Shown: positions 9,195 to 18,996 of the stretch, piece after piece
Numbering within the stretch: position 1 is the first letter of the stretch
How the letters are laid out: every line of letters starts with the position of its first letter
Source of the DNA: a virus
Direction: 5' to 3' (one strand)
Length of the DNA: 64,000 nt
Virus record (IMG/VR): IMGVR_UViG_3300022744_000001
Span: 354,022 to 418,021 of that record
Notes under the pieces: generated by a model
The model's database searches: none
What the model saw: only the letters and a program-made list of their open reading frames with translations
What the model was told of the DNA's origin: nothing
Position numbers and translations under genes: made by a program

Positions 9195-9713
9195 TCAAAG
9201 ACCATCTAGGGGAGCCGGGGAAGCGTCCTTGCTGGCCGAGAGAAACGCCAAAAGCATCTGGGGGTCGGTCGTACTTGAGTCGAACAACTCGGTACCTGGG
9301 AAGCCTCCAAACTTGAGCGCGTCAACCACGACCTCCGAGCAAAAAAGCGCGTTAGAGTCGTCGAAGGGGTTGCGCCACTTGCGCTTGAACCAACGCCCCA
9401 TAACCACGAATGCGGCCCCAAAAAAGCCGAAGTAGTCGTACCTGAACCCCAACCACTGAGTGACGCGTTGAATCCCTGGGATGATCGGGTGGTTCAAGTC
9501 GAAGATGGCGACAATCTTGTGGTGCTTCCGGAACGCCTCAAAGGTCAGCATCTGGAAGCCACCCATAGTCGCCTGCATGACCATGTCTTCCCCAAGGAAA
9601 GAGTCACTGACCAATAGCCAGGTATGACTCACCTTGCCCCGGGTGAAAAAACGAATGGCTCGAGAGACAAGCTTGTTGCTCGTCGAGAACCCCACCTTCA
9701 CTGTAGTTGGCAT
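9195..9713 (-). CDS. Permuted papain-like NlpC/P60 amidase (YaeF/YiiX-like)
   Basis: His before Cys: VSHTWL ... YDY ... LFCSEVV; start MPTT coupled by TGATG to the upstream gene. Confidence 0.75.
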   Translation of the reverse strand: MPTTVKVGFSTSNKLVSRAIRFFTRGKVSHTWLLVSDSFLGEDMVMQATMGGFQMLTFEAFRKHHKIVAIFDLNHPIIPGIQRVTQWLGFRYDYFGFFGAAFVVMGRWFKRKWRNPFDDSNALFCSEVVVDALKFGGFPGTELFDSSTTDPQMLLAFLSASKDASPAPLDGL

Positions 9714-10018
9714 CAAACCCTCCAGTGATCGAGGGCGTACCAAATGAAAAGGACCCCCACGACGCACGTGAGGGGGTCACTAAGCCAGGAGTTCCACCAT
9801 GACTCCGAGTTCAGCCACACGTGGGGGTGCCGCGGGATCATGAAGTGCTCGAACACTTCCCAACCAAACGCAAAAGCGAGACACCCAATGAAAGACCAGA
9901 CTCGGTTCCAACCAAAGACCCAGGGGATGTGACCCGCGAAAATCCAGAATGAGAGATGGACGATTGTCCACACGTCAAAGAATGACTTGCCCGTTGCAAT
10001 CGGCCAAAACCAATTCAT
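9713..10018 (-). CDS. Small membrane protein with putative metal-binding motif (DUF2585-like)
   Basis: Three hydrophobic segments; D.WTIVH...WEVFE...ESWWNSWLSD. Confidence 0.6.
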   Translation of the reverse strand: MNWFWPIATGKSFFDVWTIVHLSFWIFAGHIPWVFGWNRVWSFIGCLAFAFGWEVFEHFMIPRHPHVWLNSESWWNSWLSDPLTCVVGVLFIWYALDHWRV

Positions 10019-10020
10019 AC

Positions 10021-10173
10021 CTACCCCTTTACCGGCTCCCAGTCTTTGGCTCCGCAGGGACAGGGCTTGTCCTCAGCTGGTTGCCCATCCTTCGGAGGGT
10101 TGAGAACCTCCGCTAGAGTAGCGACCCTGCCACAATTTTTGCACCTGTACTTTGAGGTAGGTTTGAGAGCCAT
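10021..10173 (-). CDS. 50-aa zinc-ribbon microprotein
   Basis: Below the ORF-track cutoff. MALKPTSKYRCKNCGRVATLAEVLNPPKDGQPAEDKPCPCGAKDWEPVKG; fills the gap between neighbours almost exactly. Confidence 0.65.
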   Translation of the reverse strand: MALKPTSKYRCKNCGRVATLAEVLNPPKDGQPAEDKPCPCGAKDWEPVKG

Positions 10174-10176
10174 GGC

Positions 10177-10989
10177 TTACGCCCCTTGCTGGAAGGTTTC
10201 CACGTAGATCTGAAATCGAGGGTGAGATCCGGTGGGGTGCCAGAAAATCCACCGGATCTTGTTCGTGTGATAGGTCGCGTTGTACGTAAGGTACTTGGCC
10301 GCGCGCCCATCCGATACCACGTACCCATCCCCAAGAACTTCGAGGTTCACTGGGGTTACGAACTGAATGCTACCACCGTAGATCGCGGGGATATCCGGGA
10401 CCGCGATAACGGCGACAAACCACTGCTCTGTCGTCCCCGTGCGGATAACTTCGGGGGTCACAAGCTTCCCAGAGATGACCTCGTAGTCCCACGAAGGCTC
10501 ATAGTCGAGCACGGTCTTTACCGCACTAGCAGGATCAGTAGTCACCGTGTCAGATCCATCGTAACAAGTCATCGTTACGGTGTTGGCGTTCACCATGCTT
10601 GTGCCTGAGACCTTCTTGTCGTGTAACGAAGAGGGGTCACCAGGAACAAACGAGAAGACCTTCAGCTGGAAGTTCTTCGCGGTAATCACAGCGGTTGTAC
10701 GCACGGAAATACGACCGTCAAGCTCTTGCTTGACCCCCGAAAGTGTGACCGCTTGAGGAGGCTGCGCCAACGACTCCCCCGAATGTGCCGCCACGAGGCC
10801 GTCGAGGATTGTCTCATCGCCGGAGGACAAGGCGGCCTTAAACCAGATCGAACACGTCCCACTGGCCGTCGAGATGTAGTCCAGGGCTGTGACAATGGCG
10901 CTGGCTTGAATCTCTTGGGTCAACCGGCTCGAGTCCACCGCCGCGTTGGGGAAAGCGGTTGCGATTGTGTAGTCGTAGTTCTGCGACAT
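10177..10989 (-). CDS. Putative virion structural protein
   Basis: Thr/Ser-rich, beta-rich; in the fibre cluster. Confidence 0.55.
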   Translation of the reverse strand: MSQNYDYTIATAFPNAAVDSSRLTQEIQASAIVTALDYISTASGTCSIWFKAALSSGDETILDGLVAAHSGESLAQPPQAVTLSGVKQELDGRISVRTTAVITAKNFQLKVFSFVPGDPSSLHDKKVSGTSMVNANTVTMTCYDGSDTVTTDPASAVKTVLDYEPSWDYEVISGKLVTPEVIRTGTTEQWFVAVIAVPDIPAIYGGSIQFVTPVNLEVLGDGYVVSDGRAAKYLTYNATYHTNKIRWIFWHPTGSHPRFQIYVETFQQGA

Positions 10990-10990
10990 C

Positions 10991-11656
10991 TTATCCGACC
11001 TTTAGCAAGGTGAGAGAGCGGTTGCCCATGGTACCGGTACCAGCAGACACACGCCAACGCACGTCGATAGCTTGACCCGCAGCAACAGTTGCCACACACA
11101 CGAGGGTAATCGTAGCGCGCAGAGTCTGATTACCACGACTGTACTGACGCTCGCTGTTCGTCACTTTTGTGCCATTCGCAAATACGCTGGCAAACATATT
11201 AGCGTTGCCGCTGGCATTCGACCAATCTGAGGAAAACGTCACAATGTACGTCCCAGCCCCAGGGGTTAGCGTCATGCTTGTGACTGCAACATCAGTCGTA
11301 CTCGTGGTCGTGATGTCACCCGCAGCATTCGTATGGTTGTAGGAGGGGTTTCCGCCACCTCCGCCAGTGGACAACCACACGGCAGAACCCGTCGTGCTCG
11401 ATACACAAACGTACTCGGTGGGTCCTGTGGTGTTCAACCAACGAGACCCAACCTCATACCCAGCCACACCATCGTCGGTTGCGGTAGGAGCAACCGTGGT
11501 GACGTTGTCTTTCTGAGCCCGAACCTCTTGTACGGACCCATTCCGATAAGTTCGAAGTTCCCCTGCTGTCGAGTTATACCAAACCTGCCCCGCAACAGGG
11601 CTGGAAGGGTCCGCCGTCAGAGAATCCAACTGCAAAAACTCGGAGCCTAAAGGCAT
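10991..11656 (-). CDS. Fibre-like protein with C-terminal C1q/BclA-like beta domain
   Basis: ADPSSPVAGQVWYNST module; TLTPGAGTYIVTFS...GQAIDVRW. Confidence 0.6.
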   Translation of the reverse strand: MPLGSEFLQLDSLTADPSSPVAGQVWYNSTAGELRTYRNGSVQEVRAQKDNVTTVAPTATDDGVAGYEVGSRWLNTTGPTEYVCVSSTTGSAVWLSTGGGGGNPSYNHTNAAGDITTTSTTDVAVTSMTLTPGAGTYIVTFSSDWSNASGNANMFASVFANGTKVTNSERQYSRGNQTLRATITLVCVATVAAGQAIDVRWRVSAGTGTMGNRSLTLLKVG

Positions 11657-11659
11657 AGA

Positions 11660-13213
11660 TCAGCTCGATTCGCCAGAGGCAATCGCCGTCCAAGAAACCG
11701 CCGTGAGACTCGAGACCGTGTTCGTGCCCATGTTGATCACGAAGCTACCTGCAAGCTGAGACTCAACGTTGGGGGTGTACAAGGTACCACTCGTGGCGAT
11801 AATCGGAGTCAGCGTGATTGCGTAGGCAGTGCTAGCGAAAGCAGTCGTGAAAGTCACAGTCGCCTTCTTGGGGTTTCCTGCAAACGACGCGGCAAGCACC
11901 TTACCTGCCTTCGTTGTAAGGACACCGGCGATGTTGGTCAGCTCTTTCCAGACCGCCGCCCCTGTACCGTTCGAAATGCAAATCCACGAAGTGCCGTTCG
12001 TGGTGTTGTTCCAATGCGACCCCGGGACATAACCCTGAGTACCGTCGTTATTCACGGTTGGGTTGGCGGTTGCCGCAAAATTGGACTGCGGAGCGAAGCC
12101 ATGACCCGAGGACGAGGTCAACGAGTGGAGCGTACCGCCACCACGGTTTCCGTGAGCATGAGTGTGGTCCGAACGAGCCAACGAAGTCGCGGTACCTTCC
12201 GCGTTCGTGCTGTCGGTCAAAGTGATCACTGCGGCGGTGGAAACCGCGTGAACGTGGTCACGACGAACCAGGCCCGCAGCCGTACCCCCCGAAGCCGAAG
12301 CTCCCGCCTGAATGGTCGAGATGGTGCCAGTCGCAGTATCGATCGCGTGGGTGTGGTTCGAGATAGCGTACGAAGACGCTGCACCCTGGGTGTTGGTCGA
12401 AGTCGCGTCGAGGCCAACTGCCGAAGCCACCGCAAGGGCGTCCGCACCCCCAGGGTTGTGCCGACTCGCGTGCGCACTCACCGTCACACCATCAACGGTG
12501 CCTACGTTCGTGATGGCGTTGCCGCCCATGTTGAGGGAACCCGACATGGCTCGAGTACCCGCCACAAGCAGGTACTGCGTGTGGTCATCTGCGGTCAGAT
12601 TCGTCAACGAACTGTGGCTGACTGCGGTACCGAGGCTACCCCAAGAGGCGCCGTCGTACGTGTAAATGAGGTTTTCCGCTTCAACGCGAGTCGTGAAACC
12701 CTCGTTAGGAATAGCGTAATCCCACGAGGAGCCGTTCCATTCCGCGATCTGGTTCTCTTTGCCCAACCATGTGCTAGTGGCTGTGGCGATGATGAGGTAC
12801 CGATCACCCGTCGTGGGCGAGCCCGGTGGCGTGGTGATACGGCTAAGCACCGAGTTCTGCCAGTCGAACCCACGCAACTTCTGGTTGATCTGGTCGGTTA
12901 CCCATTGACGCTGAGCAACGTCTGTCGAGCTGGAGCCCTGCGCGATGTTGGTGATCGCGAAGCCGCCCATATTGATGGCGCCCGCCAAAGTGCTGCCCGC
13001 CGTACGAGCTTGCTCGAGCGTAGTGGTGTGCGGGTTCGACGTGTTCCCCGTGTGACCCGAGAATGTCGTAGAGTCTGTGAGACTAACCGTAGCGCTATTA
13101 CGGTAAACCTTGAAAAGCTGGCTGGTAGAGTTATACCAAGCCTGGCCTTCTTGTGGACTACCAGGGTCCGCAGACAGTGTATCGTACAGAATCCCATCTA
13201 CAGCTAACGGCAT
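11660..13213 (-). CDS. Tail/head fibre protein with DUF2793-like domain
   Basis: TPPGSPTTGDRYLI...W.GKENQIAEWNGSSW..PNEG; HxH metal-knot repeats (SNHTH, RDHVH, SDHTH). Confidence 0.7.
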   Translation of the reverse strand: MPLAVDGILYDTLSADPGSPQEGQAWYNSTSQLFKVYRNSATVSLTDSTTFSGHTGNTSNPHTTTLEQARTAGSTLAGAINMGGFAITNIAQGSSSTDVAQRQWVTDQINQKLRGFDWQNSVLSRITTPPGSPTTGDRYLIIATATSTWLGKENQIAEWNGSSWDYAIPNEGFTTRVEAENLIYTYDGASWGSLGTAVSHSSLTNLTADDHTQYLLVAGTRAMSGSLNMGGNAITNVGTVDGVTVSAHASRHNPGGADALAVASAVGLDATSTNTQGAASSYAISNHTHAIDTATGTISTIQAGASASGGTAAGLVRRDHVHAVSTAAVITLTDSTNAEGTATSLARSDHTHAHGNRGGGTLHSLTSSSGHGFAPQSNFAATANPTVNNDGTQGYVPGSHWNNTTNGTSWICISNGTGAAVWKELTNIAGVLTTKAGKVLAASFAGNPKKATVTFTTAFASTAYAITLTPIIATSGTLYTPNVESQLAGSFVINMGTNTVSSLTAVSWTAIASGESS

Positions 13214-13216
13214 TGG

Positions 13217-13690
13217 TTATCCTCCAGCAGCGACACACTGCCAACCCATCTCAACCAGGCCCGCCACATTGTTGGCGTTCAGGTTCAAAACGAACCCGCC
13301 CGAGGTTTTGCTCTCCGCGGAGGGGCTAAACGTCCGCGACCCATCAGTGACGGGTGAAAAAACAATTGCGTAGGTACCCGTGAAGGCGGAGGCAAACGTC
13401 ACCGTTGCCTTCTTCGGGTTCCCTGAAAAACTGCCAGGAATCACCACGCCTGCTTTAACATTGGTCGTTGCAGGTGTTGCTGAGACCGGATCCCACGCTG
13501 TATTCGCATCATCTCGACGGTAAAGGACGCCCGTGTCCGAGCGCCAGAACCACTCCCCGGCCACCGGGCTCGAGGGGAAAGACGTACCCGAAGGAGCGAC
13601 AAGAGCGCCGCCGTCCGTGCGGTCAAACTGGTACACACCTTCAATGATCATCGAGGTGGTACGGTCAATGATGACCTGAACAATACCCAT
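13217..13690 (-). CDS. Short fibre-like protein sharing its C-terminal domain with 11660..13213
   Basis: KAG.V...SF.GNPKKATVTF..AF present in both proteins. Confidence 0.65.
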   Translation of the reverse strand: MGIVQVIIDRTTSMIIEGVYQFDRTDGGALVAPSGTSFPSSPVAGEWFWRSDTGVLYRRDDANTAWDPVSATPATTNVKAGVVIPGSFSGNPKKATVTFASAFTGTYAIVFSPVTDGSRTFSPSAESKTSGGFVLNLNANNVAGLVEMGWQCVAAGG

Positions 13691-14152
13691 TTACGGCACC
13701 TTTGTTCGTTGGATGGACGAAACCCGACCGTTCACATAGGTGTAAACCTCGGTGGTGCGCATCACCTCAGAGCCAGAGCCGTCGTATTGAATGGCCACGA
13801 CCTGAGATACTCGACCAGAAGATAGGTAGGTGTATTGTTCTTCTCGGATCTTGAGAGTCTTTGCGTTGCTAGTCCAAACAATCCACGAAGACGGGTTTGA
13901 ACCCGTGCCGTATGTGACCTCCTCGTAAGAGGTCTCGTCCAGTTCATGAACCAAGGTGTCGAGGGACTCGTGCTGAGGTCCGGTAATACCCGAACCTGCC
14001 AAGCCCTTCTCGACCCCTTCTTCGTAAAACCGAAACCCGACGCCGGTGACGTACCGGATCTCTCCGTTTACTACTGGGGTAATCGAGCTGGGTTCGAGGA
14101 TAACGCCCTCGTCCTCCCGCTCCCCAGGAAACCTATCCGGTGTCCTCGGCAT
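13691..14152 (-). CDS. Hypothetical virion protein
   Basis: Tightly packed ORF; HESLDTLVH and YD-repeat-like beta strands. Confidence 0.55.
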   Translation of the reverse strand: MPRTPDRFPGEREDEGVILEPSSITPVVNGEIRYVTGVGFRFYEEGVEKGLAGSGITGPQHESLDTLVHELDETSYEEVTYGTGSNPSSWIVWTSNAKTLKIREEQYTYLSSGRVSQVVAIQYDGSGSEVMRTTEVYTYVNGRVSSIQRTKVP

Positions 14153-14156
14153 GGCC

Positions 14157-14753
14157 TCACCTTCGGGGCTTCTTCCCCTTCGCAGGAGGCGGCCTAGAGG
14201 TAGATCTTCCGGCCGGGGGCGGCTCGGATAGGGGAGCCTCGTCCTCCGACGTTTCTGGGGCTTCTGAAGCCTCGTCCCGTCGATTCGCTAAAGGATTGCC
14301 TGGGTGTTGTCCCAAAGCTCGCGCATCAGGACGACGCGGGTCAATCTCCTCAGCCGTACCCTCCTCAAGCTTGACAGCTTCGTCCAGGCTCTGTTTCTCA
14401 GAGTCGTAGAGCGATTTTGCAACCTTCACCACTTGGCGAAGAGCAATGACTTTGCCTTGAGCCTGGTACTTCTGAACCTCAGCCTGAATGCCAAGATTCT
14501 GGAGAATCGCGGCACCCCGCAAAACCCATCGCTTTGCGAGGTCCCCTTCCTCCATCGACAAGGTGCCTTCCTTGATGTCCTTGTCGATGTTGGCGGTCAA
14601 ACCCTCCACGGCGGTTTTTGCCGCCGTGAAGGCTGTCCGGGCACCTGCCAGCTCGCTTTGCTCCCTCTCGGCAATCTCGAGCTGGTCATCCAACTTGACC
14701 CCCACCTCGTGATAGGTGAGGGCTTTGATTTCATGCTTTAGTTTGTTTCCCAT
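14157..14753 (-). CDS. Hypothetical coiled-coil protein
   Basis: Helical N-terminus, disordered C-terminus; AAGGA SD. Confidence 0.55.
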   Translation of the reverse strand: MGNKLKHEIKALTYHEVGVKLDDQLEIAEREQSELAGARTAFTAAKTAVEGLTANIDKDIKEGTLSMEEGDLAKRWVLRGAAILQNLGIQAEVQKYQAQGKVIALRQVVKVAKSLYDSEKQSLDEAVKLEEGTAEEIDPRRPDARALGQHPGNPLANRRDEASEAPETSEDEAPLSEPPPAGRSTSRPPPAKGKKPRR

Positions 14754-14786
14754 TTACATTCCTTTGGGGCCCAAAGGGCCCCAGGA

Positions 14787-16718
14787 TCAGCCCCAAACAA
14801 TCATGGTGATCACGTCGGGCTTCGCACCAGCGCGAGTGTTGAACTCGAACTTGATGTCCCCGTTTGCCGGGACGTCGCCCGGGTACACGTCGTGGTTGGC
14901 AGCCGAGTTGGCGCCGTTGCGAAGGAGCACGCCGTTGAGGTAGACGTCCACCATCGCCACGAAGTTGGCCGAGAGGTACGCGGGCAACTGCGCGTCGAGG
15001 TTGGGCGTACCGCCCGCACCGGTCATGTTCGTGTCCGCCGCCGAAGCGTTGGTCACGACTGCCACGCCCTTGGTGCGCTGGCCACCCTTGGCCTGGTAGA
15101 TGGCGTTGAGCAGCGAGACTTCGCCGAACGCCGTCTTGTAGTTGTTCCACTCAGTCGTGGTGTCGGACAGCTTGACGCCCGCCGTTTGCACCCAGGTCGA
15201 ACCAGTCTGGTTCGAATCGTCGAAGTAGATCTCCCCAGCGGAGTTCAAAGTCATGTCGCTGGCCGCCGCCGTAGCGATGGTCAACGCACCCGCCGAGTCA
15301 ATCTGACCCGCCGTCACGCCCACATTGAGCTGGGTACCCGTCGTATCGAACGAAACGCCGTTGGTGAACGTCGTGTTGTTCGAGGGGTTCGTGAACGTGA
15401 TAGTGTCAGCGTCCACTGTGACCGAATCGCCCGAAACGGTCGGCGAAATCTTGAGGAGGTCACGGGCTCCCGTCGAGTCCTCGAACTTGAGGGAGTAGGT
15501 GTCCGTGATCTGCCACAGGATGTTGCGGTCAGTTTGAGTGGCAGGACCCACCTGGTTGTCGATGGCGTTGTTCAACGTCACGTCAGTCGAAGCCGCCGAC
15601 TGGTCAACGAAGACGCCCGACAAGAACGCCGTCTCAGGGATGGCGTCCAGGTTGATGCGTCGAACGTAGGAGTAGTTGACCGTCTTGCCGCCCAGGTACG
15701 TGGCGTCCACGTGCTCCAAGGCATCACCAGCCATGTTCTCAGCAACGAAGCTGATCTGAACCTGGTGGTTCGTGTCGTTGAAGGTGTCCCCGTCAACAAC
15801 GCCCGTCTCGGTCTGCAAGAGGCCGTAGATGTCCTTGCCGTTGCCGTTCTGAAGGACCTGGCCGTCCGAAGCATCCCGGATAAGGACCAAGTTCTTCGGC
15901 GAGATCGGGTTGGGCCCGGAGACGGCTACCGAGGACCAGGTGCCAACGTCCGTGGCGAGGGACGCGACCACAACACCATTCGCGGTACCCGCGCCAACAG
16001 CAGCGGTCTCCGTGGGGGTCTCGCTCGAGGCAGCGGAGAGGATCTTGATGTCACCAGCACCACCGGTCATCCCGGTAACGGTGAAGCCAACATCCGAAAC
16101 CGTCTCGGTGACCGCGTGGTTACCAACGGTGCCCTTTTGGTCGTGGGTGAGGTTCGTGAGAGCACCGCCACCGGAGGTAGCCGTGATCAACAACGAGGCG
16201 CCCACGCCGTTGATGGCCGCCAGGATGGCCGCTGCAACCGTGGAGGCCGAGTCGCCACCGGTGAAGGTCACGGCAACGTTACCCGGACTCACAGCAGCGT
16301 TGCTGTCAAACTCGAACACGGTCGGGGTGTGAATACCGTCGTTCAGGGTGAAGGTCTCGCCGTCAACAAGCAACGAGCCCGCAACCGCAGTAATGCTACC
16401 CGTTGCCGCCACCGCAGCCGGGATAGAGAGGTCGTTGAGGACCTGGCCACGAAAGAGGAAACGCTTTTCCTCAATGTCGTTCAAGTCAACGTTGAGGTCA
16501 TAGATCGCGCGCTTCTTGGCGTTGACCGTTGGGATGTCATCGTACCAGTTGCCAGCACCATCATCATAGATGGCTCGCTTCAACTGAGAACGAACCGAGT
16601 TCAGGTCATCCTGAAGGTTCGTTGCGCCGGTCTGGAGGGTTGACCCCGCCGACAAGGTGTCGTCGTAAGACTCCGACGAATAGATTTGAGTATCTTGCTG
16701 GATGAATGTACGACCCAC
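14787..16718 (-). CDS. Large virion structural protein (fibre/decoration-like)
   Basis: 643 aa, T/G/A/D-rich, strongly biased codon usage; C-terminal DVYLNGVLL domain. Confidence 0.6.
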   Translation of the reverse strand: MGRTFIQQDTQIYSSESYDDTLSAGSTLQTGATNLQDDLNSVRSQLKRAIYDDGAGNWYDDIPTVNAKKRAIYDLNVDLNDIEEKRFLFRGQVLNDLSIPAAVAATGSITAVAGSLLVDGETFTLNDGIHTPTVFEFDSNAAVSPGNVAVTFTGGDSASTVAAAILAAINGVGASLLITATSGGGALTNLTHDQKGTVGNHAVTETVSDVGFTVTGMTGGAGDIKILSAASSETPTETAAVGAGTANGVVVASLATDVGTWSSVAVSGPNPISPKNLVLIRDASDGQVLQNGNGKDIYGLLQTETGVVDGDTFNDTNHQVQISFVAENMAGDALEHVDATYLGGKTVNYSYVRRINLDAIPETAFLSGVFVDQSAASTDVTLNNAIDNQVGPATQTDRNILWQITDTYSLKFEDSTGARDLLKISPTVSGDSVTVDADTITFTNPSNNTTFTNGVSFDTTGTQLNVGVTAGQIDSAGALTIATAAASDMTLNSAGEIYFDDSNQTGSTWVQTAGVKLSDTTTEWNNYKTAFGEVSLLNAIYQAKGGQRTKGVAVVTNASAADTNMTGAGGTPNLDAQLPAYLSANFVAMVDVYLNGVLLRNGANSAANHDVYPGDVPANGDIKFEFNTRAGAKPDVITMIVWG

Positions 16719-16768
16719 AGGCGCCCCCTTTTAAGGACTCTCTCCCCTTGCAAGTCGGATAAAAGGTT

Positions 16769-17092
16769 TCAAGAAGCTGTGATGATGTAGTCCGCAGTCA
16801 GGTGGTCTTTGGCCCGTGGAGCCACCAAAAGTGTAACCGAATCATAGCCGGTACCCGCCCCGCCGCTCTCGACAACCATGTAGTCGTCAAGCAACGTGAG
16901 CCGAACGCCGTTGAGGTAGAGCTGAATTGAAAGAAACGGGAGGTTGTGAACGTAAGTCTCGGTACCCGGAACCCGAAAGGTCGTGTTGATTCCGTTTTTC
17001 GTGCCAATCAACCCTTGGCCCGTGCGGTAACGACCAACGGCTATGAATAGCTGCTGGGCGTGTTGCAGGTTGAGGTAGTTGATTAAGTACAC
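16769..17092 (-). CDS. Small virion beta-domain protein
   Basis: G..NG.NTTF...LYLNGVRL...DY...AP...D.L.ADY repeat-domain pattern. Confidence 0.6.
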   Translation of the reverse strand: MYLINYLNLQHAQQLFIAVGRYRTGQGLIGTKNGINTTFRVPGTETYVHNLPFLSIQLYLNGVRLTLLDDYMVVESGGAGTGYDSVTLLVAPRAKDHLTADYIITAS

Positions 17093-17121
17093 GAGTCACA
17101 ACCCCCGCGGTTGTAGCGGTT

Positions 17122-17751
17122 TTAGCGGGGGTTTGCGTACGAGAATGTAGCGCTGAAATTGACTGTGCCCCCGTTTCCACGAACCCAGATAGACGAGACG
17201 ATCCCGTTGTAGTTGACGAAGTCTTTGCCCGCAGCGACGGTGATCTCTGGTCCGCCATCTTGGGTGATGATCATGAGGTCTTTTGAGTTGTCCAGGTTGG
17301 ACACTCGAAAGTTCTCCATGGCTCGAGGCAAGTCGATTTGGGTTGAACTCAGCGGGGCAGTGGCACTGAAACCCGTAACCGACTGCCCTGTGTACGGGGG
17401 GAGCACCAGGGTAGCAGCGCTCGGGGCCGGGGAGCCCAACTCTGCATTTGAGGCGTCCACGTAGAACAACTTGAGCCAGAAAGCCGCAGTGTCCGACAAC
17501 CCGAAGTCCCCTGGCTTGAGGACGATGCGAACGTTGTCTCCAGGCTGGATCACGCTGTGAACCCCCGCCAACGCAGGGTCCAGGTACCCGTTCCGGGGAG
17601 CTGTGATCACCGTCGTCGAGAATGAGCCTGTCGGGGACGTATCGGTCTTCAACCGGTACCCTACAACCCCCGTGCTCGCAGCAAGCGCAGGAGTGACGAA
17701 GTCGATGAGACCAGGCTTACGCCGAAGGATTGAAAATAGACGCGCCGTCAT
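17122..17751 (-). CDS. Putative virion beta-sandwich protein
   Basis: Beta-rich ORF overlapping the upstream stop (ATGA). Confidence 0.55.
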   Translation of the reverse strand: MTARLFSILRRKPGLIDFVTPALAASTGVVGYRLKTDTSPTGSFSTTVITAPRNGYLDPALAGVHSVIQPGDNVRIVLKPGDFGLSDTAAFWLKLFYVDASNAELGSPAPSAATLVLPPYTGQSVTGFSATAPLSSTQIDLPRAMENFRVSNLDNSKDLMIITQDGGPEITVAAGKDFVNYNGIVSSIWVRGNGGTVNFSATFSYANPR

Positions 17752-18158
17752 GTTGCCACCCGTTCCTTACTGACAAGAGGATCATAGGTAGAAGCCGCAG
17801 ATTCCCCTTTGTCTCGGCGTGCTGCTTCTTGCGCTTCTCTCCAGGTACCGGTCTCCTGTCCTTTGTAGTTGGGTTGCAACGTCTGAGGTTTCACATGGTC
17901 GCGTTTCCGCTTCTCCATGACCCCGACACGCTTCTGGCGATAGGCGTTCTCCTTGATGGACTTCGAAGCCCACCCACCGCTCTCCCCTTCCTTGAGAACA
18001 AACCCCAGGTTTCCAGGAGCGAAAGCCAGTTTGATCGGTTTGCCACAAGAGGTGCAGCCGACCTCTTTACCCGCTTTGACTTCGTCGTACTCGAGGTACG
18101 ATAGCCGTCGGTCTTCAACTCGTCCGCACTCGTGGCATTCAACTTGATATGTAGGCAT
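17748..18158 (-). CDS. FmdB-family zinc-ribbon protein
   Basis: MPTYQVECHECG...CTSCG...FVLK...GW. Confidence 0.75.
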   Translation of the reverse strand: MPTYQVECHECGRVEDRRLSYLEYDEVKAGKEVGCTSCGKPIKLAFAPGNLGFVLKEGESGGWASKSIKENAYRQKRVGVMEKRKRDHVKPQTLQPNYKGQETGTWREAQEAARRDKGESAASTYDPLVSKERVAT

Positions 18159-18167
18159 TCTTCATCC

Positions 18168-18992
18168 TCATTTTAGCGGTACCGTCCATTTGCGAACGTT
18201 CCCGATGACGGCTGCGACATGCTTGCACACTCGATTCACACCGAGGGGGTCTTTGATGACCGGCACTGTAGCAGTACCCCGCGGTTTCCCGTCGAGGTAG
18301 TCCTCTCTTTGGGCGTGGTGTTCTGACCCCAACCACTGCCACGCATTGCACGAGCAGGTGAAGTCCACGTCCATCTTCGAAAGCGCTGTGACACGCCCCA
18401 TTCGAGAAGCTTTGAGCTTCACCGTCTTAGGGCCATTACCGCAGTCCACCGAGAACAACCAACGCAGATTCTTGGTGTCCGCACGCTTGAGCGTAGCCGA
18501 GCACTTGCCCGACCTTTTCACTACCTGGGGGTTCAACCCAGTTTCAATGTCCGCGAACCGAGCCGCCACCTTGACCGGAGCCTCGAGATTGACTCGAATC
18601 GACGGGCCGACCTCGGCGAGGTAGTTGTGAGCAACCCTCAAAATGATCGCAGCATTGTGCTCGTTGGGAACCCCATCTCGATAGGGGTACTTCGTCTTGC
18701 TGGTGTCGTCGGGGCCAGGGCGACGCATGGTGGGCCGCGCCTTCGAATGGTCAATCTCGTCTGACTTCGACTGATCCTTCAAAAGGTCGTCCGCATTGTC
18801 CACGTGGTACATGGACTCGTCGCTCTTGGAGGGCTCTCGAGGGCCTTCCTCCGAGGGCTTGGCGAACGTGGAGGACCCAGGGATATCTGGGCTCAAGGAT
18901 ACACCCTTGCCCCCCGGGTCCCCTTTGGGAAGGCCCGACTCTCCTAAACGATTCTCACCGTACGGTGGGCGTGTGACGAGCGGGCCACCCAT
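18168..18992 (-). CDS. SWIM zinc-finger protein with disordered N-terminal half
   Basis: FTCSCNAW...VCKHVAAV (CxC...CxH). Confidence 0.72.
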   Translation of the reverse strand: MGGPLVTRPPYGENRLGESGLPKGDPGGKGVSLSPDIPGSSTFAKPSEEGPREPSKSDESMYHVDNADDLLKDQSKSDEIDHSKARPTMRRPGPDDTSKTKYPYRDGVPNEHNAAIILRVAHNYLAEVGPSIRVNLEAPVKVAARFADIETGLNPQVVKRSGKCSATLKRADTKNLRWLFSVDCGNGPKTVKLKASRMGRVTALSKMDVDFTCSCNAWQWLGSEHHAQREDYLDGKPRGTATVPVIKDPLGVNRVCKHVAAVIGNVRKWTVPLK

Positions 18993-18996
18993 GGAG

